Positions 39,317 to 54,638 are shown, counted from the stretch's first letter. The stretch: DNA of 64,000 bases from Prorocentrum cordatum (GCA_963575745.1 CAUYUJ010000001.1:3162001-3226000), one strand, 5' to 3'. The notes: generated by a model from the letters alone, not told the origin. Made by a program: numbers and translations.

Positions 39317-40415
39317 TCTATAGGCTTACGCCACATCCGCCGACCCCTTGTTTTGGTTTGTTTGGCGAGGTACCTCGGGGGCCTTGGGGAGGCAGCTTTG
39401 AGACATCTTGGGTGCCGTTTCGGAGCCTCCAGGGCCTCAATTGGGCTTTGGCGGGGCCTCTTGGTGAGTCATGGGGGCTTCTTCAGATCCTCTTTTGTGC
39501 TTTCGGGTTTTCCTGGAGGCCTTCTGGGGCCTCCAGGGGGCGTCCTCGGGCGGACGCCTAGAAGATTCATTTCGATTTTCGATGATTTCGACGTTTTGGT
39601 GGCTCCCGGGCCTCTTGGGGCCTCTTCGGGATGCGGTTGGGCGCGACTCGATCAGCCGGTGCGTTCGGGGATGTCCGTTGGGATCTTGCGGGCAGGCTTG
39701 TCGCGGGCTTTCCGGGAGCAGTTCGTAAGGCTCCTGGGGGCCTTTCTTGGAGGCGTCTTGGGAGCCTCTTGGGGCGTCTTGGAGGCTTTTGGGTTTTTTT
39801 GGGGGGCCTCTTTGGGGCTTCTTCGGGCTTCCTGGAGGCTTCTTGGGGCGGAGTGCCAGATGTTTCGGTTCGTGGTCCCTCACAGGGGGGCCCTCTTGGG
39901 CCCGTCTCGGGCGCGCCGTCTGGCGGCCCTCTTGGGCCGTTTTGGGGGGCGTCGTGGGGGCCTCTTGCGCCGTCTTGGAGCGGTCTTGGGGCCTGATGGG
40001 CGGTCTTGGAGCATCGGGCAGCTGAAAAGGCGAGAAAACGAAAAACATTCAAAACAACAATGAAAATCAACGATTTTGGCCTCTTGGGGCCCTCTTTGGA
40101 ACCCTCTTGGAGGTTTCTTGGGGAGTCTTGGAGGCCTCTTGGGGCGTCTTGGAGGCCTCTTGGGGCCTCTGGGAGGCTTCTTGGGGCGTGTAGCCGGCCT
40201 CTTGGGGCGTCTTGGAGGCCTCTTGTTCCGTCTTGGGGATGTCCGGGTGCCCTCTTGGCTTGTTTTAGGGCTCTCGGCCCGCCCGTGACACGCTCAGTCC
40301 AGGGTCTGGCGCGGCCAGGGGGGGAGGTGCAAATCTGCGGTGGGGTCCCTAGGGGGGGTTATGGGGGGGAACTATCTCACACGCCTAGAGACCCACAAGG
40401 GGCCGGCGAAGTATA
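39317..40415 (-). mobile_element. Non-autonomous element with subterminal inverted repeats and end hairpins (Helentron/HINE-like), inside a GAT tract
   Basis: cgccgaccccttgt (39338-39351) matches the reverse complement of acaaggggccggcg (40395-40408) at 13/14. A mini-hairpin ggc-ttac-gcc lies at 39323-39332 and a partial inverted repeat cgcc..gaccc at 40382-40394. GAT repeats flank both sides and the interior is TCTTGG repeats. Confidence 0.55.
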
Positions 40416-40493
<78 letters not shown>

Positions 40494-40559
40494 GTGTTTT
40501 TTTTGTCTCTTGGTCACGGTTGACCTCACCGGTTTGAAACAAACAAGACCTTCTCAAGC

Positions 40560-42657
40560 CTGGGCCTGGTCCTTTTTCGCAGCGATCCTGTCACGGATCT
40601 CCTGGAGACCTGAGGGGGGACAGCCAGCACTTGCGGGCGTCAGCCGCGGCCGAGACGCCAATGCAAATGCTCGCGCCTCGGCCCTCGTGGGTGGGGCCTC
40701 TGGCTCCGCGCAAGAAACTACGACATCACGCTTTGGGTGCAGGCCGATTCGCAGCCTCCGCAGCGCCGCCGTCCCTGCGCTGCACCGATCCTCATCACGT
40801 TGCGGCCGTGGACACTTCACCGCCAGCTTGCGCAGTCTATCCTGCGCATAGTCTCCACAGCTCAAGGTAAAACAATGAGTGGCTCTGTCTCGTTGGCAAC
40901 CTTCGTGCTGGCCAGAGTGTTTCCGTGCTCAGGCGCCAGACTAAGCAATTTCTCAACCATCTTTGGGAACCCCTTGCACCCGACCTGAGGTCTCTCGGCC
41001 AGGGGTCCCCCGTAAAACTTCAAACAACCAGCACAATTGTGGCCCCACGACCAAACTTCCCAGGTATGCCATCCTTCGGCACGCTGGACAACTCTCCGCT
41101 TTCTCTCACGCTTAGGCGGTCTGGTGTGGGTGGTCCTCAGAGAAATCGGCAACATCTCCGCGACCAGTCGTGCCACCGTTTCGACCTTCTCGATCGAGCT
41201 CTTGGCTGCATCCCACTCGCCCTGGGCCGCACGAGGGTGCATTCGTGTCCGGTGGTTTAGCCTCTGCGTCGGCTCGCCAATTGGCCTGACCTATCGATCT
41301 ATCTTGTCATCTAGCATGTCTATCACTGCTAACTCTCTGTGTGCTTGTGTCCATGCAGCAGGGGCATACGCATCTCTAACCATGTGCTGTAAGGCTCCAC
41401 GCCTGAGTCCTGCATACTTGTGCTTGTGACTAAGTTGCGCCTGTGGACTACTGATGTGGAGTCTACTTGCATTCATACAATCGCTGTAGCACGCATCCCC
41501 ATGCCGAGGGACGAACATCGGTAGGAAGGGTAACTGCAATTGCTCTTCTGCCTGGCTGGTCTGCGGCAAGCTCGGCCAAACTGGACGCTCCGCGGTAGCT
41601 ATTTGCTGTCTTCTCCTCCCAAAGAAGACCCACGAGAACGCAGCAGGTGACAGTTCTTTGATCTGATGTGGCACACAAGACCCATCCGCCGCCACATATT
41701 CAGATTCGTTATGTCGAAGTCGGCCCACTCCATCGCCCCTCGGCATCGAACAAACTCGGCTCGTGCTGGTCCGAGAGATCGAGTATGGGATCGACTACAG
41801 AATTGACTTAACCATTAATTGTTTTTTCGTCGAACCCATGAAGACTATTACGTTTTTTTCTAGAAGATCCGTTGAGGGAATCAATTTCGGGGCACATCAA
41901 TTCTGTTGTGGATCCCCTACTCCAAGAGAGGCGGCCAGCTCTTGACAGGGTGCACAAGCTTGAGGCCAACGTAAACCTGATCGTCCCCTTCCCTGGCATC
42001 CTGGATGAAAGTCCCCGTCACCTCCGTACTCTCCCTGGCTGCCTGCACCTGAGGGTTGGCACACTCATAGATCCTGTGGGCAGCGGAATCGGGCTCCCCG
42101 CACATGGGGCAACTGTCTGCAGAGTGACACCCTGCCTTCTGCCTTCTGTCCTCAGTCCAGTCTCCGTCACAGAAAGCCGTTTTAACAAGGTACTTGCTTT
42201 GCGCGTTGAGGCCTATGCCTCGGAGTTTGGACTGAGGGGTCCTACTCAGGGGCTCCACGCAAACAAGGTCCCCCTCTTCCCAGTTGAGCTTACTGGCCAG
42301 GGCCCGTTCATGATGTCTCTGCATCCTTTCCTTGAGGAGGCTGTGCGGCATAGCATGAGAGAAATACGGCAAACTAAGTTCGACCCCCCTATCGTCGACC
42401 AAGTCGAGGGGGGAAGTGGATCTCCACCCGATCCGAAACAACGACAACATCATCCTACTGATTGGTCCCCTCGTTTTCTCCCATTTCCAACCCCCGAGTC
42501 CTTCGTGGGAGACAGACGCCCACATACTGCGCAGCTCGGGCAGCGAGAAAGCAGCATGCCCTGGTGCGGTCGTTGTGCTCCACACAGCCGCTGCCCAGGC
42601 AAAAGCTGGTGCGACCATGCTCCTCCACATGGGCTCGCTCACGATTGTGTGCCCATG
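40560..42657 (-). mobile_element. 3' half of a LINE ORF2 relic: post-RT region, CCHC knuckle, RNase H, C-terminal Cys motifs
   Basis: Minus strand reads WEKTRGPISRMMLSLFRIGW; GDWTEDRRQKAG..CPMCGEPDSAAHRIYEC; RNase H motifs YVAADGSC, PQTSQAEE, YSDC, WTQAH (41291-41746); then HTW..CAGC and SCGDYA..LAVKC..LRRLRIGLHP. Contains stops and frameshifts; the 5' part is replaced by a GAT tract. Confidence 0.85.
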
Positions 42658-44392
<1,735 letters not shown>

Positions 44393-45710
44393 AGACGGGG
44401 GTGGACGAGGAGGAGGGGGTAGCTTTGGTAGAATGCCGATGCCTGGGGTCAGGGACGGCTTGAGTTGCTCAGCATGACAAGCTGGGGCAGCCCACGACGT
44501 GGCACGCTGCGAGTAACGTTCCTGAACGTTGTGCGAGCGCAACTCCAAGGAGGTCGTCTGGGTCGGGCTGGGCCGTCAGATGGGGACCAGCACGTTAGTG
44601 AAGGGACTGTGTAGTCCATCCATGCAGAGGCCCGCCTTTTCGGATGGGATTCAAGTGGGACGGGGCCTATAGTTGTTTCCCCCTGTCTTCACCCCTGTGG
44701 CCTTGGCGTCCAACAGGGACGGCGCTCAAATTGTTGCTCTCACCATGTCCCCACCCCCGAGGGTGACTATCATTCAAGCGATCGCGAGGCCAGCCGCCCC
44801 CCCCCATGGCGGACGGCATTGGATCGTACTGCAATCGGCCCCTCGGCCCCAGCAGAGGGCGCACGGTGCGGTGAAGGATGTTATCAGTTATCCTGTTCAC
44901 CGCCTCTGTCGGCGGCGCTGCGTACCATGGGTCTCCCACAGACAGGCCTCGGCCTCAGGACTTTGCTTACAACGCGCGGCAGTGCGGCTGAGACGCGGTC
45001 ACTGCGGTCGGAGAGGGCTGAAGGAGAAGGACGAGGAGGAGGAGAGGTGGAGGAAGGGGATGAGGAGGAAGAATGTCTGGAAGGGGAGTAGGAGGCGGTA
45101 GGATGGATACAAGGGGCTTGTGAGGGCTCCCAGCTACGCGGCATTGCTGGAACTTGCCCAGGTCAGCATGCCCCCAGGCCATCTGCGGGGATCTGAGGAG
45201 GAGGCTCGTCATTCAGAGCGACAATGGTGTGAGAGCAGATGGGAGGGACGGGGAGGTGAGAGAGAACGTCAGGGGAGGGAGGAATTGGGGGAAGGTCAAG
45301 GCATCGGAAGTAATTTACCCCTCCCATTCCCGCCCACTTCCCTTCCTATTTTTATCCGTCTCTGTATATGCACATGATATTTCTTTCGTGTTCCATAACA
45401 TCCTGAATTCGCCTCCCCCTCTCCTTCCTTTCTCCTCGCCTCCCCTCCTTCCCCTCTCCTCTTCACTCTCCCCCCCTTCCCCAGCCACTCCCCTCCTTCC
45501 ATCGCACCTCGCCCTGCCCTTTCCTTCCCGTCCCTTCTCCCTACCCTCTTCATGCCCACCCGGACCCTCCACAATTATTGAATATGAATACTACTCTCCC
45601 TCTTCCCCTGATGACGGCTTGAAAATATTAGCCCCCCCCCCCCCCCGCGTACTGTTTTTTTACACACAGGTTTCCCCAGAGTTGGGTTTTCGCGTGTACT
45701 TTTTTTCAAA

Positions 45711-46280
45711 ATGCTGCTCTCGCTGAGGCGCTGGCCTCATTTTCGGGCCCCTCTCGTTCCGAATCGTGCTCCCGCTGCAGCGCTGGCATCATTTCCGCCG
45801 GCGCCTGGGCTGCACGCCCGAGCCGGCGCCCGGGCTGGCGCTCGGGCCGGGTCCGGAGCCGGTTCCAGCCGCCGCCGGAAAATCGAGTTCCGAGGCGGCG
45901 CCGAAAAAAGGCCATTATAATACACATTTTTGTTTTGAAAATGCTGAATTTCTGCTTCTAGCGCCCGGGAGGCCTCCCGGGCCGATTCCGGCGCCCGGGC
46001 CGGACGCCCGAGCCGGCGCCCGGGCCGGCGCCCGGGCCGGGTCCGGAGCTGGTTCCTGACGGCGCCGGAAAATCGAGGTCAGGCGGCGCCGAAAAAAGGC
46101 CATTCCAATATACAATTTTTTTATGCAGAATTTCTGCTTCTGGCGCCCGGGAGGCCTGCCGGGCCGATTCTGGCGTGCTTCCGCTCGTTCCGAATCGTGC
46201 TCCCGCTGCAGCGCTGGCCTCATTTCCGCGCTTCCGCTCGTTTCGACTCGTGCTCCCGCTGCAGCGCTGGCGTCATTTCC
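45711..46280 (+). repeat. Local ~190-bp direct duplication plus four copies of a ~40-bp motif
   Basis: 45816-45987 is collinear with 46006-46170. gtgctcccgctgcagcgctggc.tcattt occurs at about 45765, 46197 and 46249, with a degenerate copy at 45714. Confidence 0.85.
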
Positions 46281-48117
46281 CGTGCCATGCCACGGCATGC
46301 AATGCAATGCTCGGTTGATACTACGTTTCGCGGTGCTCTTCTACGCCATGCCATGCCGTGCTCTACAATGCATCGCGTGCCCTTTCGGGATCATTGCCCT
46401 GCTTGACATCCGACTGTGCGAGTAGAGAGGGGATCTGCGCCATGGTAAGGGATGGGAGGGAGGGGCAGGATGTCAGATATGACGCGAGCGCACCTAGCTT
46501 GTCCCATCCCCTCCCCATCCCTCCTTGCCTCCCTCCTTTTCACCACGCTCCTTGATCCCTCCCTCTTTGAAGATGAAGGTCTGGATCAATCAGCAAATCA
46601 CGCACTTACTGACGTCGATGTTTCTGTCAGCATGGCTCGGCCCATCTAGAAGCGATGCCCAGGGGAGATGTCTGCAGGAGCAGCATAGGTAAGCGTATTC
46701 ATAGTGAAGCATTGAGCCAACAATTGTGAACGTAGAAACCTCGAGCAGCCTCTCGTGGCCCTGTTTGGGCCATTTTGGAAGCTTTTTGTGCTCTGGCCCT
46801 CTTGCGTGCCTTCTGGGGCCTCTTGGGCCTCTTGGGGCCATCTTAGTGGCCATTGATCAAAAATGGAAGGCGGCGCCAGTTGCGCTTCCCCTCCGAACTG
46901 GTTAGGATGCGCCACCCAACCCTCCAGTTAGGGCTTGGCATTCCGATGACTTGACAACTACAAACGCCCGCATTAATGTCCAGCCCGCCCATCCCGCTCG
47001 GCCCGCCCGTTCAGACAGGGGAAGGTTTGTGCTTTCGATTTTCGATTGGCCTCTCGCCATATACGTAACCGCATGAGAGTTCTGGCGACCCTTGCTATTC
47101 TTGGAATGTCAGGCGTGGGTAACAGAGGCAATGGCAACGAGGGCGGCGTTGACGATGTTGGCCATGATGAATGACGAGGTTTTTGGCGGTGATGACGATG
47201 GCGGCGGAGATGAAATACAGATGCGTCCAGTGGTAGAAAGTGTTCGATGACGAGGACCGGTCGGTCGGAGTCGCCAGTTTCTCTGCGGCGGCGAAGGGGG
47301 GGGCACACCACGAGAGTGTTTCTTTACTGCTTGGGTCATGACGGGCGTCGCGTCATGGCCCCCCCTTCCCCCCTCTGACGTAACGCTTCCTCCCCCGTCA
47401 ATGCGCTCCAGGCACTGCCGAGTGCGCATCGTCGGGATCCGCATGGGTGTCCGCATAGGGATCCGCATAGGAATCTGGTCCGCATTCCTCGTCGTCGTCG
47501 TCGTCGCTCGTCGCTCGTCGCTCATCGTCGTCGTGCGCGCGGGCGCGGCTGTGGTGCTGGAGCCACACGGCGGGGGGGGCGTAACGTCATACCCCCCCCC
47601 GCTCCCCCCCATGACGCCCGTCATCGCCGAACATAAGGAAACGCTCTCTACGTTGATTCAAATCATGTTAGTTTCGCGTTTTCCGCCGTGCAGCGACGAC
47701 TGTTCTTCCCGATTATTCACCATCTTCGACAAGATCTGCGCCGCTGCCGTTCTCGCCCTCAACGTCATCATCACTAGCGTGTCGCCGTCCCGTCTGACGC
47801 CTTGATCGCCAGTGCGGCGATCGGTACGCTAGATCTTGACTTAAAGTCGCAACACACAATGAAAGCATAAGATAATATTCTTCTGCCTGTTGGGGTCCGC
47901 TTGTTTTGAATACCCAGTCTGGCCTACCCAGGAGCCTGCATGACAAATTGTGTACGTCAACGTAGCACCCCACAGATGCGGATAAGAGTGAGGGGGCGGT
48001 GGGAACGTCGGCAGTTTGCGAGACTCTGGAGAAGCGCCGCCGCAGGCGCCAAAGTTTCACAAATTATACAACGAGGCCGCCGCAGGCGCCGTATTTTCGT
48101 TTAACCAATGTGGGTAC

Positions 48118-48488
48118 GTCGCGGGTGGGTGGCGGGTGGGTCGCAAATGCGTCGCGGGTGGGTCGCGGGTGTGTCGCGGATGGGTCGCGGGGTGGGTCGG
48201 GGGTGGGTCGCGGGTGGGTCGCGGGTGGGTCGCGGGGTGGGTCGCGGGGTGGTCACGGGTTGGGTCGCGGTTGGGTCGCGGGGTGGGTCGCGGGGTGGGT
48301 CGCGGGGTGGGTCGCAGGGTGGGTCGCGGGGTGGGTCGCGGGTGGGTCGCGGGTGGGACGACGACAACAAACATCAACAACAGCAACAAAAACAACAACA
48401 ATAACAACAACAATAACAACAGTAACAACAACAGCAACAACAACACCAACAACAACATCAACACCAACAACAACAACGCAACAAACAT
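48118..48488 (+). repeat. (GGGTGGGTCGCG)n 11/12-bp G-rich minisatellite followed by (AAC)n
   Basis: About 21 units at 48118-48356; AAC triplets at 48358-48488. Confidence 0.95.
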
Positions 48489-49789
48489 AATCCTCACCAC
48501 GGATCCCCACTTCAGCCACGCACCTAGGGACAATGAATGACCGTTCGCCCCCCTCACTCTGATAAGCGAAGATGGCGGGAACCAAATGTTTGGGGTATGT
48601 GCGGTGAGTGATGCGCGGACAATGAAGAGCGAACTGTCTTAACGTTCTTGCTTGTTGGTGTTTGAATATCCAGCTGCCTTCGGCAAATCAGCCGCCGTGT
48701 TCGCGAAACAAGCTGTGTGTTGACCCGTCGAGCACTGTCCGTAAGGCCGTAAGATGTGACACTTCTGGTCTTTATTTTGGGGGTAGTGCTCAGGGTGCCT
48801 AACGGGCCGTTCTCGGGCTGTCTGGAGTTCCCGTCGGGCAGGCTTCGGGTTCCCTTGGGGCCCGCTTGGGCCAGTTCGGAGCCTTTGGTGCCATCTTTGT
48901 GCTCTCTCGGGCCGTCTTCGGCCCTTTTGCCGTTTCGGGGTACATTGCGGGCTGTTCCCGCCCGCCCGATCCGCCTGTTAGGGTCCGCCGCCTGGCCCCC
49001 CCCCGTCAGGATCCGTCGCCCGACCTGCCGTTCAAGGTCTGCCGTGCCGATTGTTTCAATTCCCGCCCGCCCGTCCCGCCTGTTAGGGCCCGCCCGCATG
49101 ATCCGATTGTCTTACTTGGTTGGGGTTTGCCCAGAAGCGGGCATGCAACACACTGAGCCCACAGGGAGTACGTTCATAAACGAAGCCGGCGGGAGTAACG
49201 GGTTGGGGGTACACGGTACACATGTTGGGTGACACCTGGGCAGTGAAGAGCGACCTTTCCTAAAATGGTTGCGCATGCGATCAAATACCCAGGTGCCTGC
49301 GGCTGATCCGCTACCGTGCCCGCGCAGCAACTTGTGTGTTGGTCTTTCGAGCACTGCCCGCAAGGCCGTCACATGCGACAGCTGTCGTCTCCACTTCTTG
49401 ACGAGTTCTTATGTGGCCTCTGAGGGCCGTCTTGGGGCTGCCTAAGGTTCATATCGGGCAGGGCAGTAAAGGGGGTCCCTGGACCCTCCTGTGCAATTTT
49501 GGAACCATATTGTGCCGTTTTAGGCCTTTCTTGGGCCGTCTTGGGGCCTTCTTGGCCGTTTGCGGGGTATTTTGCGGGCGATTGAGGGGCCGTCTTGAGC
49601 CGTCTTGGGGCCGTCTTGGGAGGGAACGCGTTTCATTGCCGCTTGCCTCGCAACAAGTGGCCCACCTCCCCGCGAAAAACCAGGGGGGCAGAGGGGGGGG
49701 AACTCCGCAGAAACGGGGGGGAGGGGACGGGTTTTGGGGGAGGGCGGGGCTGTGGGCTGGAAATGACGACAACGATAACGAGGAGAAGG

Positions 49790-50387
49790 AGGAGGAGGAG
49801 GAGGTGATGATGATGATGACGACGATGACGATGACGATCACGATGACGATGATGCTGATGCTGATGATGATGATGCTGATGGTGATGATGATGCTTATGC
49901 TGATGATGGTGATGATGAGGCTGATGATGATGATGCTGTTGATTATGATTATGTTGGTGATGTTGAGCATGATGCTGATGATGATCATCATCATCATCAT
50001 CATCATCATGATGTGTATACTGATGATGGTGTTGTGTATGATGCCGTTTATGATGCTGATGATATGGGGATGACAATGATGAGGATGATGATGATGATGA
50101 TCTGGTTGACGATGATGACTGCTATGATTATTTTGATGATGGCTATGATCATGATGATGGCAATGCTGATGATGCCAATGCTGATGATGTCGATGATGAT
50201 AGTTGTGGTCGTGATGATCATGATCACGATGATGACGACGATGTTGTTGATGATGCGGGTGGTGCTGATGGTGGCGATGATCATGTTGATGGTGACAGTG
50301 ATGGCGATGATGATGATGATGATGATTCTATTGATTAAGATGATGTTGATACTGATACTGATGATGATGACGATCCTGATCATGCTA

Positions 50388-50424
<37 letters not shown>

Positions 50425-50702
50425 CGATGATGATGATGATGATGCTGATGATGATTATTATCATGATTATTATTATTATTATTCTTATTATCCTAATGTT
50501 GTCGATATTGATGATGGTGGTGATGGCGCTGCTGATGATGACGATAATATCCACGATGGTGATGATGATTGCGATGATTGCGGTGATGATGGTGCTGGCG
50601 ATGTTGTTGTGTGATGGTAATTGTGCTTTTGATGTTGGTGATGATGATGATGATGAGGTTGATGATGTTGATGTTGATGTTGATGTTGATGCTGATAGTG
50701 AA

Positions 50703-50752
<50 letters not shown>

Positions 50753-50767
50753 CGATGGTGATGCTGC

Positions 50768-50800
<33 letters not shown>

Positions 50801-50808
50801 GACTGTTC

Positions 50809-50862
<54 letters not shown>

Positions 50863-50913
50863 TTGATGATGATGATTGTGGTGGCGGTGGTGATGATGAT
50901 GATGATGATGATG
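49790..50913 (+). repeat. Degenerate (GAT)n tract
   Basis: About 1.1 kb of GAT-derived triplets. Confidence 0.95.
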
Positions 50914-51227
50914 ACGCGTAATGGATTTACCGTGGGCGTCGGGCGGCCGGACGTCCAGTCGGGAGGTCTGGCGAGAAATTCAATGTTTTTTGTATTCGCT
51001 GATGGGACAGGGTTGGAGGACATATACAGAAACCGCTGACGAGGATGGGCGGACGTGGCGTTCAGTCGTGCGGTCGAGCGGGACGTATCATTCTTATTCT
51101 TTGATAGGACATTGTTGGGGGAACACGTACATGAACCCTTGACGACGACGATGACGACGACGGGTGGAAGGGACGCTCAGTCGGGCTGCCGACCGGACAT
51201 TGAAAGTATCTCTCTCACGCATAGTGG

Positions 51228-51497
<270 letters not shown>

Positions 51498-52533
51498 ATG
51501 CGCGTGCCGCCCTCCCTACCCCAGGGGTGGAGGGGATAGGGGGGCGTCGAAAAGCCTTGAGGGGCTCCCAGAGGGCCATTTTGAGCTTTCGCATGCTGGA
51601 ACTAGGTTAATCTTGGACCGCACGGCGTGGAAAACGTAAACGTTGAAGGGCTGTTGGAGGCCTTTTGGGACCTATTGGGCCATCGTGGGTGCGTCTCGAG
51701 GCGATATCTTGCCATCTTGGTGGCCCTGCTGGCCTTCCACGGCCGTCTTGGAAGCCTCGGCGAGCATTGGAGAGCGCCAGTGACGTGTCGGGCCGCACAG
51801 GTAACCTCGGGAGGGGGGATTAGCACAGGGCTCGAGCTAAACGGTGTTTTGGCAATTTCGTGGACCGTTTTCGTTTTGACTTCGTTTTGCAGCAAATGTG
51901 GAACGAAGGCAGAACTAGGGATGACGCAAACAAAACGAAAACGGCAAACACTGTTCAACTCGAGCCCTGGGTTGGCATGCGGCAGCTTGTGACGAGATGG
52001 GGCGTGCCAGACCGCAACGGACCAGGCCAGACCATATTGGGAGGACGTCTGCGCAGCATCAGCTCGTCTGGCTGCCCGAGAGCGGCGCGCCCCGCCCGTG
52101 GGGACCGTGCGACCGAGAAGTCGGCCGGCCACGGCGCGCACTCACATCTTCCTGTCGCGTCGGCTGCGAAGATGAAGCCCTGGACGCGGCGTTGACAGGC
52201 ATGCTGGATGAGGGGGATGTCGAGGAGGTGGAGGGAGGAGGGGGAGAGAGCGGGTGAGGGAGGAGGCAATCAGGCGCTCGTGTGCAATCGTTTCCCAAGC
52301 GATGCCGTTGAGCTGGGGAAACTGACGGTGCCAGTCCACGAGAGTTTCGGACGCCTACGTCTTGGAAGGACGACTCTCTTTTCGGCCCATACCAGCACCC
52401 AGCGTGGCCAAAAGGGGCGACCTCGTGCTCCCAGTCCTGCGCCTCTTCTTCCGCCCCCTTCTCCTGTCCTGGTTGTCATCTGCACCCTCCTCGCCCTGCT
52501 CCTCTAAATCCTCATATCCTCATTCTCCTCTTC

Positions 52534-52693
52534 TCAGGAGGGGGAAAAACACACGGACACAATTAATCGTCCATCCCCCGGAAAATATGCAAACATATGG
52601 GATGTGGGGGGGAAGACAAAAAGCCCAGAAAATATTGGAACATGTGGGGAATCTGTTTATTTGTGTGTATTTATTTGTGTGTTCTGGGGCCCC
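52534..52693. mobile_element. ~155-bp dispersed element, copy 2 (MITE-like)
   Basis: Collinear with 26059-26216 (gacacaattaatcgt, ggggggaagacaaa, tatttgtgtgt). Confidence 0.6.
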
Positions 52694-54027
52694 TTCATCT
52701 TCTCTCTCTCTCTACTCTCTTCTCTCGCCTCGCCCCTCCATCCTGCCCTTTCCCTCTTCCTTTTCCCCTTGTCCCTCCCTCTCCTTCTCCTCTCCCCTCC
52801 GATTCTTCCACCTTTTTCCCCCATGGGGCGCGCTACGATGAGGTCTCGAGGTGGATTAGCCCCCCCCACTCCCGCCAGCCGCCCACACCTGCGCTCGACG
52901 TCAGGTCCGAGGCCCCCCAAATCATGTTCACGCCGACATGTAGTTCTGTTTATCCTCCTGGATCCTATCGCCCATGTACCCCCTTTGAGATTGACATGCA
53001 TCTGCTGAGGGCCTCGCGGATACTGTCAACGTGAATCCTTGCGAGCACTTTTACGGCTTCTGTATTTTCTTGGCGAGTTTGAGTCTCACGGCTAAGGCCA
53101 TGCTTGCTGCGTCTCTTTGTGGTATGACGTTCCATGTTTCGTTGCACGCCAGGAGATGTCGCATTCGGCATTGACAGCTGTGCTGTCAGTCGAGTAGTGC
53201 AGACAGAGAGGGTGAGGGGCGAAAGGGGATTGAAGAACACTTGACGACTGGCGTGGTTCGGGAAATTGCTGCTGCTTGCGACATTGATGAACGACGGTGT
53301 CCACGCGATGATAAGTCAGCGTGGAAGCAGAGGCGGGGCCGGATGATGCAGAAGACGGTGACAAACCAATGTGTTGCGGACCGCTGCTGGAAGTGATAAG
53401 CAAGTTACAATGTGTAAGAATTCACAGTCATGCATAAGCAGGCGTGGAGGCATGCGATCCGGAAAGGATGCTACTCCACACGATGTCAGGCCGGCTTATT
53501 CTCCTCCTTTCCTCCGTGCTTCCATCCCTTCTTCCTCGCTCTATTCCTCAGTTGGAGGCAATCCAGCGGCTGGCAAATGGTCTTGGGTAGCCGTGTTCAC
53601 CGCATGGTGGTGCAATTCTAGTCAGGACTCCAGGGCCTCCCTGCAGCGGAGGGAGGAGAGGCGGGCGCATCGGGCGTGGACGAAGAGTTTCTCAGTTCGC
53701 ACTGGCGGTGGCCGCGGTGCCACAGGGACTTCCGTTGCCGCACGGTGCCGGGCGGCGACCTCGCGTTTCCTCCCTTTGCCTTCTCTGCTCGCCCCTCGTG
53801 TGATGCTTGTCGCGTTTCTCCGCTTCAAGCTTACTGAGCAGGATTAGGAGGAGAAGGGGAGGAGGAAATAATGAGGAGTGAGTGGGAGGGGTTACACTGA
53901 TGAAACAGTTCCACCACTGTGCCAGTCCAGCCTTCTGGGTGGCGAGTATCCGATGGAGCACGGGAGGCCTTCATGCGTGACACCTTATGTCCCTAAGCTT
54001 GGGAGAGCCACGAGGAGTACGTTGAGG

Positions 54028-54155
54028 GATGACGATGACGATGAGGATGATGATGACGATGACGATGAAGATGACGATGCCGATGATGATAGCGATGATG
54101 ATAATGGTGATGCTGATGCTGCTGATGATCATAATGATGATGATGCTGATGATAG

Positions 54156-54186
<31 letters not shown>

Positions 54187-54548
54187 GGTGATGGTGATGG
54201 TGATGGTGGTGGTGATGGTGATGATGATGATCATGATGCCGATGGTGATGATGCTGATGGTGATGATGATGATGGTGCTGATGGTGATGATGCTGCTGCC
54301 GATTGTGATGATGATGCTGCTGATGATGATGATGATGATGATTGATGGCTGATGCTGATGCTGATGCTGATGATGTCGATGATGATGATGATGATGATGC
54401 GGATGTTGATGATGATGTTGATGATGATGAGGATGAGGATGTTGATGTTTACGATGATGATGATGATGATGATGATGATGACGATGGTGATGCTGCTGCT
54501 GATGATGACGAGGATGAGGATGATGATGATGATGATGATGATGGATGA

Positions 54549-54596
<48 letters not shown>

Positions 54597-54602
54597 CTGA
54601 TT

Positions 54603-54638
<36 letters not shown>

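Noticed and set aside
44420..44990. Possible N-terminal fragment of a DIRS-type pol on the minus strand (PDPDDLL..GIGILP)
   Set aside because: Only two weak motifs in different frames; insufficient for a call.
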